Of a DNA stretch of 64,000 bases, positions 9,732 through 19,095 are shown one piece after another (within the stretch, counting starts at the first letter, position 1; every line of letters begins with the position of its first letter). This DNA comes from Candidatus Zambryskibacteria bacterium CG10_big_fil_rev_8_21_14_0_10_42_12 (GTDB lineage Bacteria; Patescibacteriota; Minisyncoccia; Phycocordibacterales; 1-14-0-10-42-12). Under the pieces are notes generated by a model that was not told the DNA's origin, searched no databases, and saw only the letters and a list, made by a program, of their open reading frames with translations. The translations under genes were made by a program, and so were the position numbers. The stretch is taken from NCBI GenBank assembly GCA_002787695.1, contig PCXL01000013.1, forward strand, positions 31,168 through 95,167. The letters run 5' to 3'.

Positions 9732-12700
9732 CTATACTTCGTTTCTTACCACGTCTTCCAGAGCCTCTGCCGCACGTCGCGCATCTCTTTCTGCTTCAAT
9801 ATCTACTTGCAAATTCTTGATAATGTTATACTTTCTACTTCCCTTGAAACCAGTACCGACTGGAATAAGTCGTCCGATGATCACGTTTTCCATGAGACCG
9901 AAGAGATCATCCCTGTTACCACGCACGGCGCTTTGAATAAGTACGCGTGTCGTATATTGGAATGATGCTGCTGAAAGGAAGCTCTTGCGTGAGAGTGACG
10001 TTTCTGTAATACCCATAAGAACAGGTTCAGCTTTTGCAACCTCTTTACCGGATTCTCGTGCCACAGCATTTGCTTCCTCAAGAGAAAAGTTTTCTGCAAT
10101 ATCACCAACGGTAAATCCTGTATCTCCCGGATCCTTCACCTTCATGCGCGAGAACATCTGCTTGATAATCACTTCGATATGTTTACGAGATACTGGTGAT
10201 CCTTGCAGTTCGTACGGCTTGCTGATTTCTTGAATGATGTAGTCCTGCGCTACCGCACGACCAGCATATTTGAAGAGTTCGCTGATATCAGCAGATCCAT
10301 CAGTAAGCAGCTGACCTCGTTTGATAGTATCTCCTGCTTTCACCAATACCGTTCGGTAGTGACTCGCCACATATTCGATACTGTCCTTTGTCTTTGATTT
10401 ATGTTCAATATCCGGTGTGATAACAATTTTCTTTTCCTTACCAACCTGTTCCACAGATGTCACAGTACCATTTACATGACTTACAACAGCTGGGTTCTTT
10501 GGTTTTCGGTTTTCAAAAATCTCTTCAACACGTGGAAGACCTTGCACGATGTCTCCACCAATTTGCGCAGTACCTCCGGCATGCTTTGTGTTCATAGAGA
10601 GCTGTGTACCCGGTTCTCCGATAGCCTGTGCTGCAACAGTTCCTACAGCCTCACCAATTTCAATCTCTCGTTTCGTACCAAGATCATGACCATAACATTT
10701 GATACAAATACCGCGGAGCGATTCACATGTCATTGGTGAACGTACAATCACCTGCTCAATATCTGATGCCTCAATCTTCATAGCATCATCTCGTGTTAAG
10801 AGTGTTCCTTTGGCAAAGAGCGTATCGCCAGAAGCAGTCTTGGCATCTTCTGCGAGGTAGCGTCCTTCAATTGATTTACCGATTGAAGTATCCATACCAA
10901 GTGCATTCTTGCGACCAATAGCAACACCATGTTTTGTCTTACAATCTGCTTCTGCAATCATCACATCCTGACCAACAACGAAGAGTTTTCGAGTAAGGTA
11001 ACCTGCTTTTGCAGTGTTGAGCGCGGTGTCCGCAAGACCTTTTCGAGAACCGTGAGTCGCAATGAAGTATTCAACTGGTGAGAAACCTTCTTTACTTGAT
11101 GAGATAACTGGAAATTCAATAGTCTCACCCTTTGTGTTGGTAATGAGTCCCTTCATACCTGCCATCTGTGTAATCTGTGACCATGAACCTCGAGCTCCCG
11201 AGTGCACCATGTCATATACAGAGTCAGTAACATCAAATGTTTCTGGCATAAGCTTTTCAATAGCAGCCTTTGCGCCGTGCCACACTTCAACTTTCATGCG
11301 ACGTCGTTCACCTTCAGAAATAAGTCCCATATTATATTGTTCATCAATTTCTCGTGAGCGATCTTTTGCCTTTTGCACCACGTCTGCTTTTCCTTCTGGA
11401 ATCACCACGTCATCAATACCCCAAGTAATACCAGATTTAGTAGCATGCTTAAATCCGAAGTCTTTGATCTTGTCGAGAATTGCTGGAAGTCGTTCAATAC
11501 CATACGTCACCACAAGCTTATCTGCGATCACGTTCATAAACTTTCGATCAACTGTTGAATTTACGTATGGGAAGTCTTTTGGAAGAATACTGTTGAATAA
11601 CAATTTACCAACCGTCGTCTCAAAAATCTTTCCATTAAATTCAGCATATTTTGCTGTATCTGTTGGAAGTACTTTAATTTTTGCACGCAGATCTACCGCT
11701 TCAAAATCGTATGCCGTAATTGCGCTGTTAGGATTTGGAAACGCCATACCTTCACCTTTGCTTCCTGCGATTTCCTTAGTTACCCAGTAACAACCGAGTA
11801 CAATGTCGAGCATTTTGTTCGTCACTGTTGGATCTCCGTTACCTGGCTTGAGAATATTCTTTTCAGAAGCCATGATTTCATTTGCTTCCATCTGTGCCTC
11901 CCTTGATAGTGGCACATGTACAGCCATCTGGTCTCCGTCGAAGTCGGCGTTAAAGGCAGTACATACGAGTGGGTGAACACGAATAGCATTACCTTCGATA
12001 AGTACTGGTCTGAACGCTTGAATACCGAGTCGATGAAGTGTCGGTGCACGGTTGAGAAGCACGCGCTTGTCCTTAATCACTTCTTCGAGTATTGCCCATA
12101 CCTCTCCTATACCGTCATCAATCAATCTGTTTGCTCCACGAATGTTGAATGCGTATTCACGTGAAAGCAATTTTTCAATAACAAATGGTCGGAAGAGTTC
12201 GAGTGCCATGTGCTTAGGCAAACCACACTGATCAAGTCCCAATGTTGGACCCACTACAATAACTGAACGTCCCGAGTAGTCCACGCGCTTACCAAGAAGA
12301 TTCTGACGAAAGAGACCACGCTTTGATTTAAGGTTGTCTGAAAGTGATTTAAGCGCCCGCTTTCCTCCTTGAGCTTGCGCTGCAGGTGCCTGTGAACCAC
12401 TGCGCATGTTGTTGTCGATAAGTGCGTCAACTGCTTCTTGCAAAATTCTCTTCTCGTTTCGAAGAATCACGTCCGGCGCATGAATATCAATAAGTTTCTT
12501 GAGACGATTGTTTCGGTTGATTACGCGACGATACAGGTCGTTCACATCACTTGTTGCAAAACGTCCTCCATCGAGCGGAACCATTGGACGAAGTGCTGCT
12601 GGAATAACAGGAATTCGTGTAAGGAACATCCACTCAGGCTTCACACTCGCTTTGATCATTGCGCGAATGAGAGACAATCGTTTCTCAATTTTTACTGTTT

Positions 12701-13454
12701 CAGCAGCACCAGCTTTTTCTGAATCTGCCTCGAGCTGTGTCAAAAGAGCCTTCAAATCAATTTCTCGGAGAAGCTTGTAGATTGCCTCAGCTCCGATTTC
12801 TGTTTCAAACATTGTTCCATACCGAACTGAATAGTGATGATATTGCACTTCATCAAGTACCTGTCCTTTACGGATACCTTCGATCTCACGTTTTGCTGTC
12901 AAAAGCATTTCCTTGAGACCCTCTTTAGCTTTTTCATCTGACAGAGAACCAACCTTTGATTTGAATTCTGAATCAAGATCTCGCAACACGCGCTTTCGTT
13001 CATCCTCGACAACATGTGTGACAAGGTATCCTGCAAAATACACCACGCGTTCAATATCCTGTGCTGGAATGCCAGTGATGAGTGCAACACGTGAAGGAAT
13101 ACCCTTAAGGAACCAAATGTGTGCCACAGGAGATGACAATTCAATATGTCCCATTCGTTCACGACGCACAATTGATCGGGTGATTTCAACGCCACACTTT
13201 TCACAGACAATTCCTTTGTAGCGAATACCACGATATTTTCCACAGTAACATTCAAAGTCCTTATCTGGTCCGAAGATTTTTTCGTCAAACAAACCGTTCT
13301 TTTCGCTGCGCTGCGTTCTATAGTTAATAGTCTCCGGCTTTGTCACTTCTCCATGTGACCACTCGAGAATTCGTTCTGGTGATGCAAGCTTGATTGTGAT
13401 GAAATCAAAATCTTGTGCATCGCTTTTTGGTTTTCTTGTTTGGATTGTTTCCAT
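9732..13454 (-). CDS. rpoC: DNA-directed RNA polymerase beta' subunit
   Basis: [12 protein letters not shown] catalytic motif, Zn-binding [18 protein letters not shown], full-length collinear beta'. The true start is the ATG at 13454 ([10 protein letters not shown]...). The ORF-track N-terminal extension up to 13631 runs over the end of rpoB and was discarded. Confidence 0.93.
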   Translation of the reverse strand: METIQTRKPKSDAQDFDFITIKLASPERILEWSHGEVTKPETINYRTQRSEKNGLFDEKIFGPDKDFECYCGKYRGIRYKGIVCEKCGVEITRSIVRRERMGHIELSSPVAHIWFLKGIPSRVALITGIPAQDIERVVYFAGYLVTHVVEDERKRVLRDLDSEFKSKVGSLSDEKAKEGLKEMLLTAKREIEGIRKGQVLDEVQYHHYSVRYGTMFETEIGAEAIYKLLREIDLKALLTQLEADSEKAGAAETVKIEKRLSLIRAMIKASVKPEWMFLTRIPVIPAALRPMVPLDGGRFATSDVNDLYRRVINRNNRLKKLIDIHAPDVILRNEKRILQEAVDALIDNNMRSGSQAPAAQAQGGKRALKSLSDNLKSKRGLFRQNLLGKRVDYSGRSVIVVGPTLGLDQCGLPKHMALELFRPFVIEKLLSREYAFNIRGANRLIDDGIGEVWAILEEVIKDKRVLLNRAPTLHRLGIQAFRPVLIEGNAIRVHPLVCTAFNADFDGDQMAVHVPLSREAQMEANEIMASEKNILKPGNGDPTVTNKMLDIVLGCYWVTKEIAGSKGEGMAFPNPNSAITAYDFEAVDLRAKIKVLPTDTAKYAEFNGKIFETTVGKLLFNSILPKDFPYVNSTVDRKFMNVIADKLVVTYGIERLPAILDKIKDFGFKHATKSGITWGIDDVVIPEGKADVVQKAKDRSREIDEQYNMGLISEGERRRMKVEVWHGAKAAIEKLMPETFDVTDSVYDMVHSGARGSWSQITQMAGMKGLITNTKGETIEFPVISSSKEGFSPVEYFIATHGSRKGLADTALNTAKAGYLTRKLFVVGQDVMIAEADCKTKHGVAIGRKNALGMDTSIGKSIEGRYLAEDAKTASGDTLFAKGTLLTRDDAMKIEASDIEQVIVRSPMTCESLRGICIKCYGHDLGTKREIEIGEAVGTVAAQAIGEPGTQLSMNTKHAGGTAQIGGDIVQGLPRVEEIFENRKPKNPAVVSHVNGTVTSVEQVGKEKKIVITPDIEHKSKTKDSIEYVASHYRTVLVKAGDTIKRGQLLTDGSADISELFKYAGRAVAQDYIIQEISKPYELQGSPVSRKHIEVIIKQMFSRMKVKDPGDTGFTVGDIAENFSLEEANAVARESGKEVAKAEPVLMGITETSLSRKSFLSAASFQYTTRVLIQSAVRGNRDDLFGLMENVIIGRLIPVGTGFKGSRKYNIIKNLQVDIEAERDARRAAEALEDVVRNEV

Positions 13455-13479
13455 AATATTTTTATTTAACCGGATGCTA

Positions 13480-16400
13480 TTAATTAGTTTCTTCGACTTG
13501 TTCTTCTTCGCGTTTTTCGAGCGCAACATCAAGCGCAAGACCACGAAGGTTGTAAAGCAACACATTGAACGACGCTGGAATATTTGTCTGTTCAATATTG
13601 TCACCTCGAACAATTGAATCGAATGCAGCACTTCGACCTACAATATCGTCTGATTTTACCGTGAGCATTTCACGAAGCGTATATGCCGCTCCATAACCGA
13701 GCAGTGCCCACACTTCCATTTCTCCAAATCGCTGACCTCCGTTTTGTGCTTTACCTCCAAGTGGCTGTTGTGTAATGAGAGAGTATGGACCAATTGATCG
13801 CATGTGAATCTTGTCATCAACCATGTGATGAAGTTTCAAAATGTACATTTCACCAATCGCTACTTTTTGCTCAAAGGCCTCACCTGTTCGTCCGTCATAT
13901 AGTTTTACTTTTCCATCTGCTGGAAAACCTGCCTGCTCAAGCTCGTGCTGAATTTCTTCACCAGTTGCACCTGCAAATGGAGGCACGATTGCCTGATATC
14001 CCAGTGTCCCTGCAGCAAGACCAAGGTGCATTTCAAGGATCTGTCCTAGGTTCATACGTGAAGGCACACCAAGTGGTGTAAGGATGATATCAATAGGAGT
14101 ACCATCATCCATGTATGGCATATCTTCTACTGGTAGAATTCGTGAGATAACACCCTTGTTACCGTGACGTCCAGCAAGTTTGTCGCCGACAGACACGTTG
14201 CGAAGTTCAGCAACCTCAATATGAATTCTCTTCAAAATTCCAGATTCTAGTTTGTCTCCTTTTTCTCGTGAGAACACTTGTACCTTCACAATGCGTCCTT
14301 TCTTACCTCCTTCCATGCGCTTTGATGTATCTTTCACATCTCGTGCTTTTTCACCGAATAGAGATCGGAGTAATCGTTCTTCCGGTGTCAGTTGTGTCTC
14401 TCCCTTTGGTGTAATCTTACCTACCAATATGTCTCCAGGATGCACTTCTGCACCTACACGGATAACACCTTCTTCATCAAGGTTTTTGAGTTTATTTTCA
14501 GATACGTTTGGAATGTCGCACGTTGTAACTTCTGGACCAAGCTTTGTGTCACGTACATTGATCACAAACTCTTCGATATGAATCGATGTAAATTTGCTTT
14601 CACTAACAAGTCGTTCAGAAACGATAATAGCATCTTCGTAGTTTGCACCAGTCCATGAAAGAAAGGCTACGCGAATGTTCTGACCAATCGACATCTCGCC
14701 TCCTACAGATGTAGATGTATCGGCAAGCACATCGCCTCGCTTCACCTTATCTTCTGTCTTTACTGCTGGTCGCTGATGGAAAATAGTAAATCCGTTTGTT
14801 CGTGAGAAGTTTACCAAATCATATGTACGCTCCTTGCCACCGCTTTCCTTAACAATCACTTTTCGTGCATCAGCATAGGTCACGTCACCTGCATTTTGCG
14901 CAAGTACAACACGACCTGTGTCTCGAGCTGCATCTCTTTCTATACCAGTTGCCACAAGTGGTGCTTCAGGAATGATACATGGCACCGCTTGCTTCTGCAT
15001 GTTTGAACCCATGAGTGCTCGGTTGGCGTCGTCGTGGTTCAAGAATGGAATCATGCCTGTTGCCACAGAGAAGATTTGGTTTGTTGCAATATCGATGAGG
15101 TCCACTTCCTTTGCTGAAATAACCGTCGGCTCACCATTAATACGCGCATCAACTTCGGCTGAAAGAATCTTACCTTTTTCATCTATATCCGTTGCAGCAT
15201 GTGCAATCTTGTAGTTCTCTTCTTCAAGTGCATTAACGTAGATGATTTCACTCGTTACTACACCATCCTTCACTTTTGCATATGGAGTTTCGATCATACC
15301 AAAGTCATTGATACGAGCATATGCAGAGAGATGAAGAATAAGACCAATGTTTTGACCTTCTGGTGTATGTACCGGACACACACGTCCATAATGAGATGGA
15401 TGCACGTCTCGAACTTCAAAACCTGCTCGTGTTCGTGAAAGACCGCCAGGACCAAGTGCTGAAAGTCGTCGTTTATGTTCAAGTTCAGAAAGTACGTTTG
15501 TCTGATCCATAAACTGTGAGAGCTGGTTCGTTGCGTAGAACTCCTTTATCTGTGCCTGAAGTGGCTTAGGATTCACAAACTGAATAGGCAGTGTTATATC
15601 AGACTCCACAGTAGACATACGGTTCTGAATGTTTCGCTTCATGCGTGCCATACCAATACGAACCTTTTGCTGAAGAAGTTCACCAATGAGACGAACACGT
15701 CTTGAGCCTAGGTGATCGATATCATCTGGTTGTGCATGTGGAGTTACATTCAGTTCTCCAATACGATTGGTGATAGTGGTTAAATCATCAATAGAAAGCG
15801 TTGTTTGAGCAAGCTCCTTAGCACCAGTTGGCTTACTAAATCGATTATTAATCTGGAATCGTCCGACTTTTGTCAGATCGTATCGCTCAGGAGATATCAT
15901 GCTTTCGAAAAACTCTTTTGCATTTTCAACAGTAGCCAAGTCGCCATCGCGAAGTCGTCGGTAGATTTCTACATACGCATCTTCAGAAGATTTTGTAGTG
16001 TCTTTAGCAAGCGTCTCCTTTATATAATCAATCGCAGGACTATCTTTAAAGTGCTTCAGGATTTCTTCATCTGAACTGAGACCAAATGCTCTAAAGAGTA
16101 GTGTAAGAGGAAACTTTCGCTTTCGGTCAATACGCACATAGATAACTCCATCTGCTTCAGTTTCAATTTCAATCCATACGCCGCGAGATGGGATAATTTT
16201 TGCACCAAAGTAATTTTTACCGCGGATATCAAGTACGGTGAAGAATGCGCCAAATGAACGTGCGAGCTGTGGTACGATCACGCGTTCAACACCTGAAATG
16301 ATGAATGTGCCGTGGTCAGTCATCATTGGAAAATCAGCGAGGAATACTTCCTGCTCTTTTTCAGAACCAGTACTAAAGTTCTTGAGTTTTACCTGAGCTT

Positions 16401-16674
16401 TGAGTGGCGCGTCGTATGAGAGCTTGTTGTCTTTAGCAAAATGCTCGTTCACCTTTGGTTTACCCAATTCAAATGAGAGAAACGAAAGTTCAAACTTCTT
16501 ACCTGTGTAGTCGGTAATGGTTTTAAACTCATCAAATACCTCTTTGATACCTTCACTGATGATCCATTTAAATGAATCGAGCTGTGCGATAACAAGGTTT
16601 GGAGTCTCAACCAACGGCTTCTTGTATTGACCGAAGTACTTTTTAGGGAGTACGCCCTGTGTGTGTTGTCTCAT
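13480..16674 (-). CDS. rpoB: DNA-directed RNA polymerase beta subunit
   Basis: Collinear beta subunit with the Rif-cluster region (QLSQFMDQTNVLSELEHKRRLSALGPGGL) and C-terminal motifs. The start is probably at MRQHTQGV (16674) rather than 16740. Confidence 0.93.
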   Translation of the reverse strand: MRQHTQGVLPKKYFGQYKKPLVETPNLVIAQLDSFKWIISEGIKEVFDEFKTITDYTGKKFELSFLSFELGKPKVNEHFAKDNKLSYDAPLKAQVKLKNFSTGSEKEQEVFLADFPMMTDHGTFIISGVERVIVPQLARSFGAFFTVLDIRGKNYFGAKIIPSRGVWIEIETEADGVIYVRIDRKRKFPLTLLFRAFGLSSDEEILKHFKDSPAIDYIKETLAKDTTKSSEDAYVEIYRRLRDGDLATVENAKEFFESMISPERYDLTKVGRFQINNRFSKPTGAKELAQTTLSIDDLTTITNRIGELNVTPHAQPDDIDHLGSRRVRLIGELLQQKVRIGMARMKRNIQNRMSTVESDITLPIQFVNPKPLQAQIKEFYATNQLSQFMDQTNVLSELEHKRRLSALGPGGLSRTRAGFEVRDVHPSHYGRVCPVHTPEGQNIGLILHLSAYARINDFGMIETPYAKVKDGVVTSEIIYVNALEEENYKIAHAATDIDEKGKILSAEVDARINGEPTVISAKEVDLIDIATNQIFSVATGMIPFLNHDDANRALMGSNMQKQAVPCIIPEAPLVATGIERDAARDTGRVVLAQNAGDVTYADARKVIVKESGGKERTYDLVNFSRTNGFTIFHQRPAVKTEDKVKRGDVLADTSTSVGGEMSIGQNIRVAFLSWTGANYEDAIIVSERLVSESKFTSIHIEEFVINVRDTKLGPEVTTCDIPNVSENKLKNLDEEGVIRVGAEVHPGDILVGKITPKGETQLTPEERLLRSLFGEKARDVKDTSKRMEGGKKGRIVKVQVFSREKGDKLESGILKRIHIEVAELRNVSVGDKLAGRHGNKGVISRILPVEDMPYMDDGTPIDIILTPLGVPSRMNLGQILEMHLGLAAGTLGYQAIVPPFAGATGEEIQHELEQAGFPADGKVKLYDGRTGEAFEQKVAIGEMYILKLHHMVDDKIHMRSIGPYSLITQQPLGGKAQNGGQRFGEMEVWALLGYGAAYTLREMLTVKSDDIVGRSAAFDSIVRGDNIEQTNIPASFNVLLYNLRGLALDVALEKREEEQVEETN

Positions 16675-16916
16675 TATGTGCTTTCTCAATCTATAAAACA
16701 AAAACAACCCCGAGCCACTATACAAAAAGCAGCCTCTCAAAGGTTATTCAAATTTTAATGCGCTAAAATTAGCAAAATACGCATTAGTGTTAATAAATAA
16801 ATTTCTGCTCAAAAGAGCGTGTACACGTGCCCGCGGTTATTTGCCGAAACCACTACGCTAGGTATCAAAAACGGCAAATGGGTACCACAACTCAATCAGA
16901 TATGCAAGCGGGTGCA

Positions 16917-16945
16917 ATTATAAACGAAGTGTTCCTTTGGGTCAA
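16917..16945 (-). promoter_or_regulatory. Candidate sigma-70 promoter for the rpoB operon (TTGACC-N17-TATAAT), leaving a 5' UTR of about 230 nt
   Basis: Minus-strand reading gives TTGACC at 16945-16940 and TATAAT at 16922-16917 with a 17-nt spacer, about 240 nt upstream of the rpoB start. Confidence 0.35.
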
Positions 16946-17078
16946 CGTCTGTTTATCCACAATTTACATGTAAGTGATCACTTCTCGACTATTAAACTGG
17001 TCCTGATCCCCCGCTTGTTATACATAACGAAAATATATGGCCATACATAGCCATATTTGTGTATTTTGAACTAAATGC

Positions 17079-17107
17079 TTGACTTTGTATTATATTTATG
17101 CTATTAT
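17079..17107 (+). promoter_or_regulatory. Consensus sigma-70 promoter TTGACT-N17-TATTAT
   Basis: TTGACT at 17079-17084, TATTAT at 17102-17107. Drives the small ORF below. Confidence 0.5.
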
Positions 17108-17128
17108 TATCTCAGGAGTGAGAGAGAC

Positions 17129-17260
17129 ATGAAACAAGCATTCGGGCTCATCGCCCTCACCGTTCTTTTTTTCTTCCCCATTCTGAGCGACCTCGCTCAG
17201 AAGTCCGGAGGTCAGCTCACGGCCCTCGCCGCCGTGACAGAAGTTGCGGCGAACCAATGA
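17129..17260 (+). CDS. Small hydrophobic peptide (43 aa, MKQAFGLIALTVLFFFPILSDLAQKSGGQLTALAAVTEVAANQ). GC-rich, with its own promoter, SD and terminator. Type I toxin-like or a secreted/leader peptide
   Basis: AGGAG/GAGAGAGA SD 5-12 nt upstream of the ATG. One predicted TM/signal segment. About 57% GC against ~40% in the flanks. Confidence 0.35.
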   Translation: MKQAFGLIALTVLFFFPILSDLAQKSGGQLTALAAVTEVAANQ

Positions 17261-17275
17261 GGTTCGCCACACCAG

Positions 17276-17318
17276 AGCCGCCCATCCTTCACAGGATTCG
17301 GGCGGCTCTTTTCGTTTG
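17276..17318 (+). terminator. Rho-independent terminator
   Basis: gagccgccc-atcct..aggat-gggcggctc followed by ttttcgttt. Confidence 0.6.
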
Positions 17319-17350
17319 TAAAATTTTATTTTTTATGTTCTTATATTCCC

Positions 17351-18043
17351 ATGCAGAAACGCAAGCGTAAAGCGCTTACAAAACCAAAAACAATCTTTCA
17401 CCTCATCTCCCTCTTTCCCGAGGCGCTTTCTTCATACATTAAAGAGTCAATCATTGGTCGCGCTCTTGCCGACAATTATATAGATATCAAAACATACAAC
17501 CTTCGTGATTTTACAAAAGACAAGCATAAGCGTGTGGACCGCATTCCTTATGGTGGCGGTCCCGGCATGGTTATTGAAGCCCTTCCGGTTATTAAAGCGA
17601 TCGAATCTGCTAAGCGAAAAGCTAAAAGCGTGAAGCGTGAAGCATGTATCATCTGGCTCTCCCCTTCTGGCAAACAATTTGATTCAAAAGAAGCCGAGAA
17701 ACTCTCAAAAGAAAAAAATATTATCTTTATCTGCGGTCGCTATGAGGGTATTGATGAACGCGTTCGTGAAATCTTTAAAACAGAGAGTTACTCTGTAGGA
17801 CCATACACGCTCACCGGCGGCGAACTCCCCGCACTCATCATGATGGATGCTATCTCTCGACAAATACCTGGAGTACTTGGGAACGAGTCATCTGTTGAAG
17901 AAAAACGTATTTCTTCTCCAGAAGTCTATACTCGTCCAGAAGTACTGATATACAAAAAGAAAACATACAAAGTACCCGACGTTCTCCTTTCAGGGAATCA
18001 CAAGGAAATTCGGGAATGGAAAGAAAGAAAAAGGAAAAATTAA
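17351..18043 (+). CDS. trmD: tRNA (guanine37-N1)-methyltransferase
   Basis: SPOUT knot motifs: YGGGPGMV, ICGRYEGIDERV, LTGGELPALIMMDAISR. Confidence 0.9.
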   Translation: MQKRKRKALTKPKTIFHLISLFPEALSSYIKESIIGRALADNYIDIKTYNLRDFTKDKHKRVDRIPYGGGPGMVIEALPVIKAIESAKRKAKSVKREACIIWLSPSGKQFDSKEAEKLSKEKNIIFICGRYEGIDERVREIFKTESYSVGPYTLTGGELPALIMMDAISRQIPGVLGNESSVEEKRISSPEVYTRPEVLIYKKKTYKVPDVLLSGNHKEIREWKERKRKN

Positions 18044-18123
18044 AGCCAATGCAACACAAAGCGCGCCGTACGGCGCGCTTTGTAATCTTTCCATTTTCCT
18101 TTTTGCTTCTTTGAATAAATTTT

Positions 18124-18151
18124 AAAAAAACGGGCTTTCGCCCGCTTTTTT
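18124..18151. terminator. Bidirectional hairpin terminator between trmD (+) and the KH-protein gene (-). A second hairpin lies at 18062-18090
   Basis: aaaaaaa-cgggc-tttc-gcccg-ttttttt, and caaagcgcgccg-tac-ggcgcgctttg. Confidence 0.55.
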
Positions 18152-18482
18152 AAAATTTTAGATCTTCCATTGCTTCATCCACTGATTTCATCGCCTGTGA
18201 CTGTCCTCCGCCATTTCCTCCGTTTGATCGCATACCACCTTCTGGTTCGTTAATCTTGAGATTTACACGAGAGTTGTTTTTCATTCCCACAATTCGAAGC
18301 AAGATTCTGATAGCCTTTGCAGTGTTCCCTGATCGGCCAATAATCTTACCCATATCCTGAGGATCTACAGTGAGCGTAAGTAATACGCCCATCTCATCTA
18401 CTGTTCGATCTATTACAACCTTGTCCGGATTGTCTACCAAACCCTTTACGACGTACTCTAGAAACTCTTTATCCTTTTCCAT
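18150..18482 (-). CDS. KH-domain RNA-binding protein (YlqC/KhpA-like, UPF0109)
   Basis: KIIGRSGNTAKAIR G-x-x-G KH motif. Sits immediately downstream of rpsP, as in rpsP-ylqC operons. Confidence 0.8.
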   Translation of the reverse strand: MEKDKEFLEYVVKGLVDNPDKVVIDRTVDEMGVLLTLTVDPQDMGKIIGRSGNTAKAIRILLRIVGMKNNSRVNLKINEPEGGMRSNGGNGGGQSQAMKSVDEAMEDLKF

Positions 18483-18575
18483 GATAACCTTTCGTTTACG
18501 AATAAAAGCAGCTTACCTGCGTTATCTATATAATGATCAATTTCTATACTTTGGTCAACCAAAGATAGTTGATAA

Positions 18576-19037
18576 CTATTCTGCTGGTTTTTCCTCTACA
18601 GGTGTCTCTTCTGTTTTTGGTTCCTCTGCAGGAGTTTCTTCCTGAGCTTCAGCAGGTATAGATTCTGTCGCTGTTTCTGTTGCTTCTGCTGGTGTTTTTG
18701 TAGCTGCTACAGGTTCTACTTGTGGAGCAGGTGCTTCTTCTACAGGTGCTTCTTCTTTAACAGGTGCCGATTTCTTTGGAAGCACGTTTACTTTCTTACC
18801 TTCGATAACCTTTGAGTTTACAAGCAGATTATGCATTGTAGGAGAAACTTGGGCACCATTGTCTATCCAGTACTTTACTCTCTCTTCTTTGATTTCTGAT
18901 TTATTGAAACGAGGGTCGTATGAGCCGAGAATCTCAACAGATTTACCCGCTTTTGGACCACTATGAGAATCGGTTACAACCACACGAAAAACCGGTTCGT
19001 GCTTGCGTCCCACTCGTTGCAATCTGATTTTTAACAT
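18576..19037 (-). CDS. rpsP: 30S ribosomal protein S16 with a C-terminal Pro/Glu/Ala-rich acidic extension
   Basis: MLKIRLQRVGRKHEPVFRVVVTDSHSGPKAGKSVEILGSYDPR. The true start is the ATG at 19037. About 70 aa of (E/P/A/T)-rich tail follow the S16 fold. Confidence 0.85.
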   Translation of the reverse strand: MLKIRLQRVGRKHEPVFRVVVTDSHSGPKAGKSVEILGSYDPRFNKSEIKEERVKYWIDNGAQVSPTMHNLLVNSKVIEGKKVNVLPKKSAPVKEEAPVEEAPAPQVEPVAATKTPAEATETATESIPAEAQEETPAEEPKTEETPVEEKPAE

Positions 19038-19095
19038 GGAGAAAAGATTAGCAGAGAACGACAAAAACGTCAATAATCTGTTATAGTACATACGA

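Noticed and set aside
9881-13288. Many 60-240-aa ORFs antisense to rpoB, rpoC, smc, nrdA and groEL (for example 11062-11790, 21791-22297, 38780-39589)
   Set aside because: They lie entirely inside well-supported genes on the opposite strand. They are Ser/Thr/Pro-rich mirror-frame artefacts without starts or SDs.
13455-13631. N-terminal 59-aa extension of the rpoC ORF (MLHSIQLFEV...)
   Set aside because: It overlaps the 3' end of rpoB. The conserved beta' N-terminus begins at [10 protein letters not shown] (13454).
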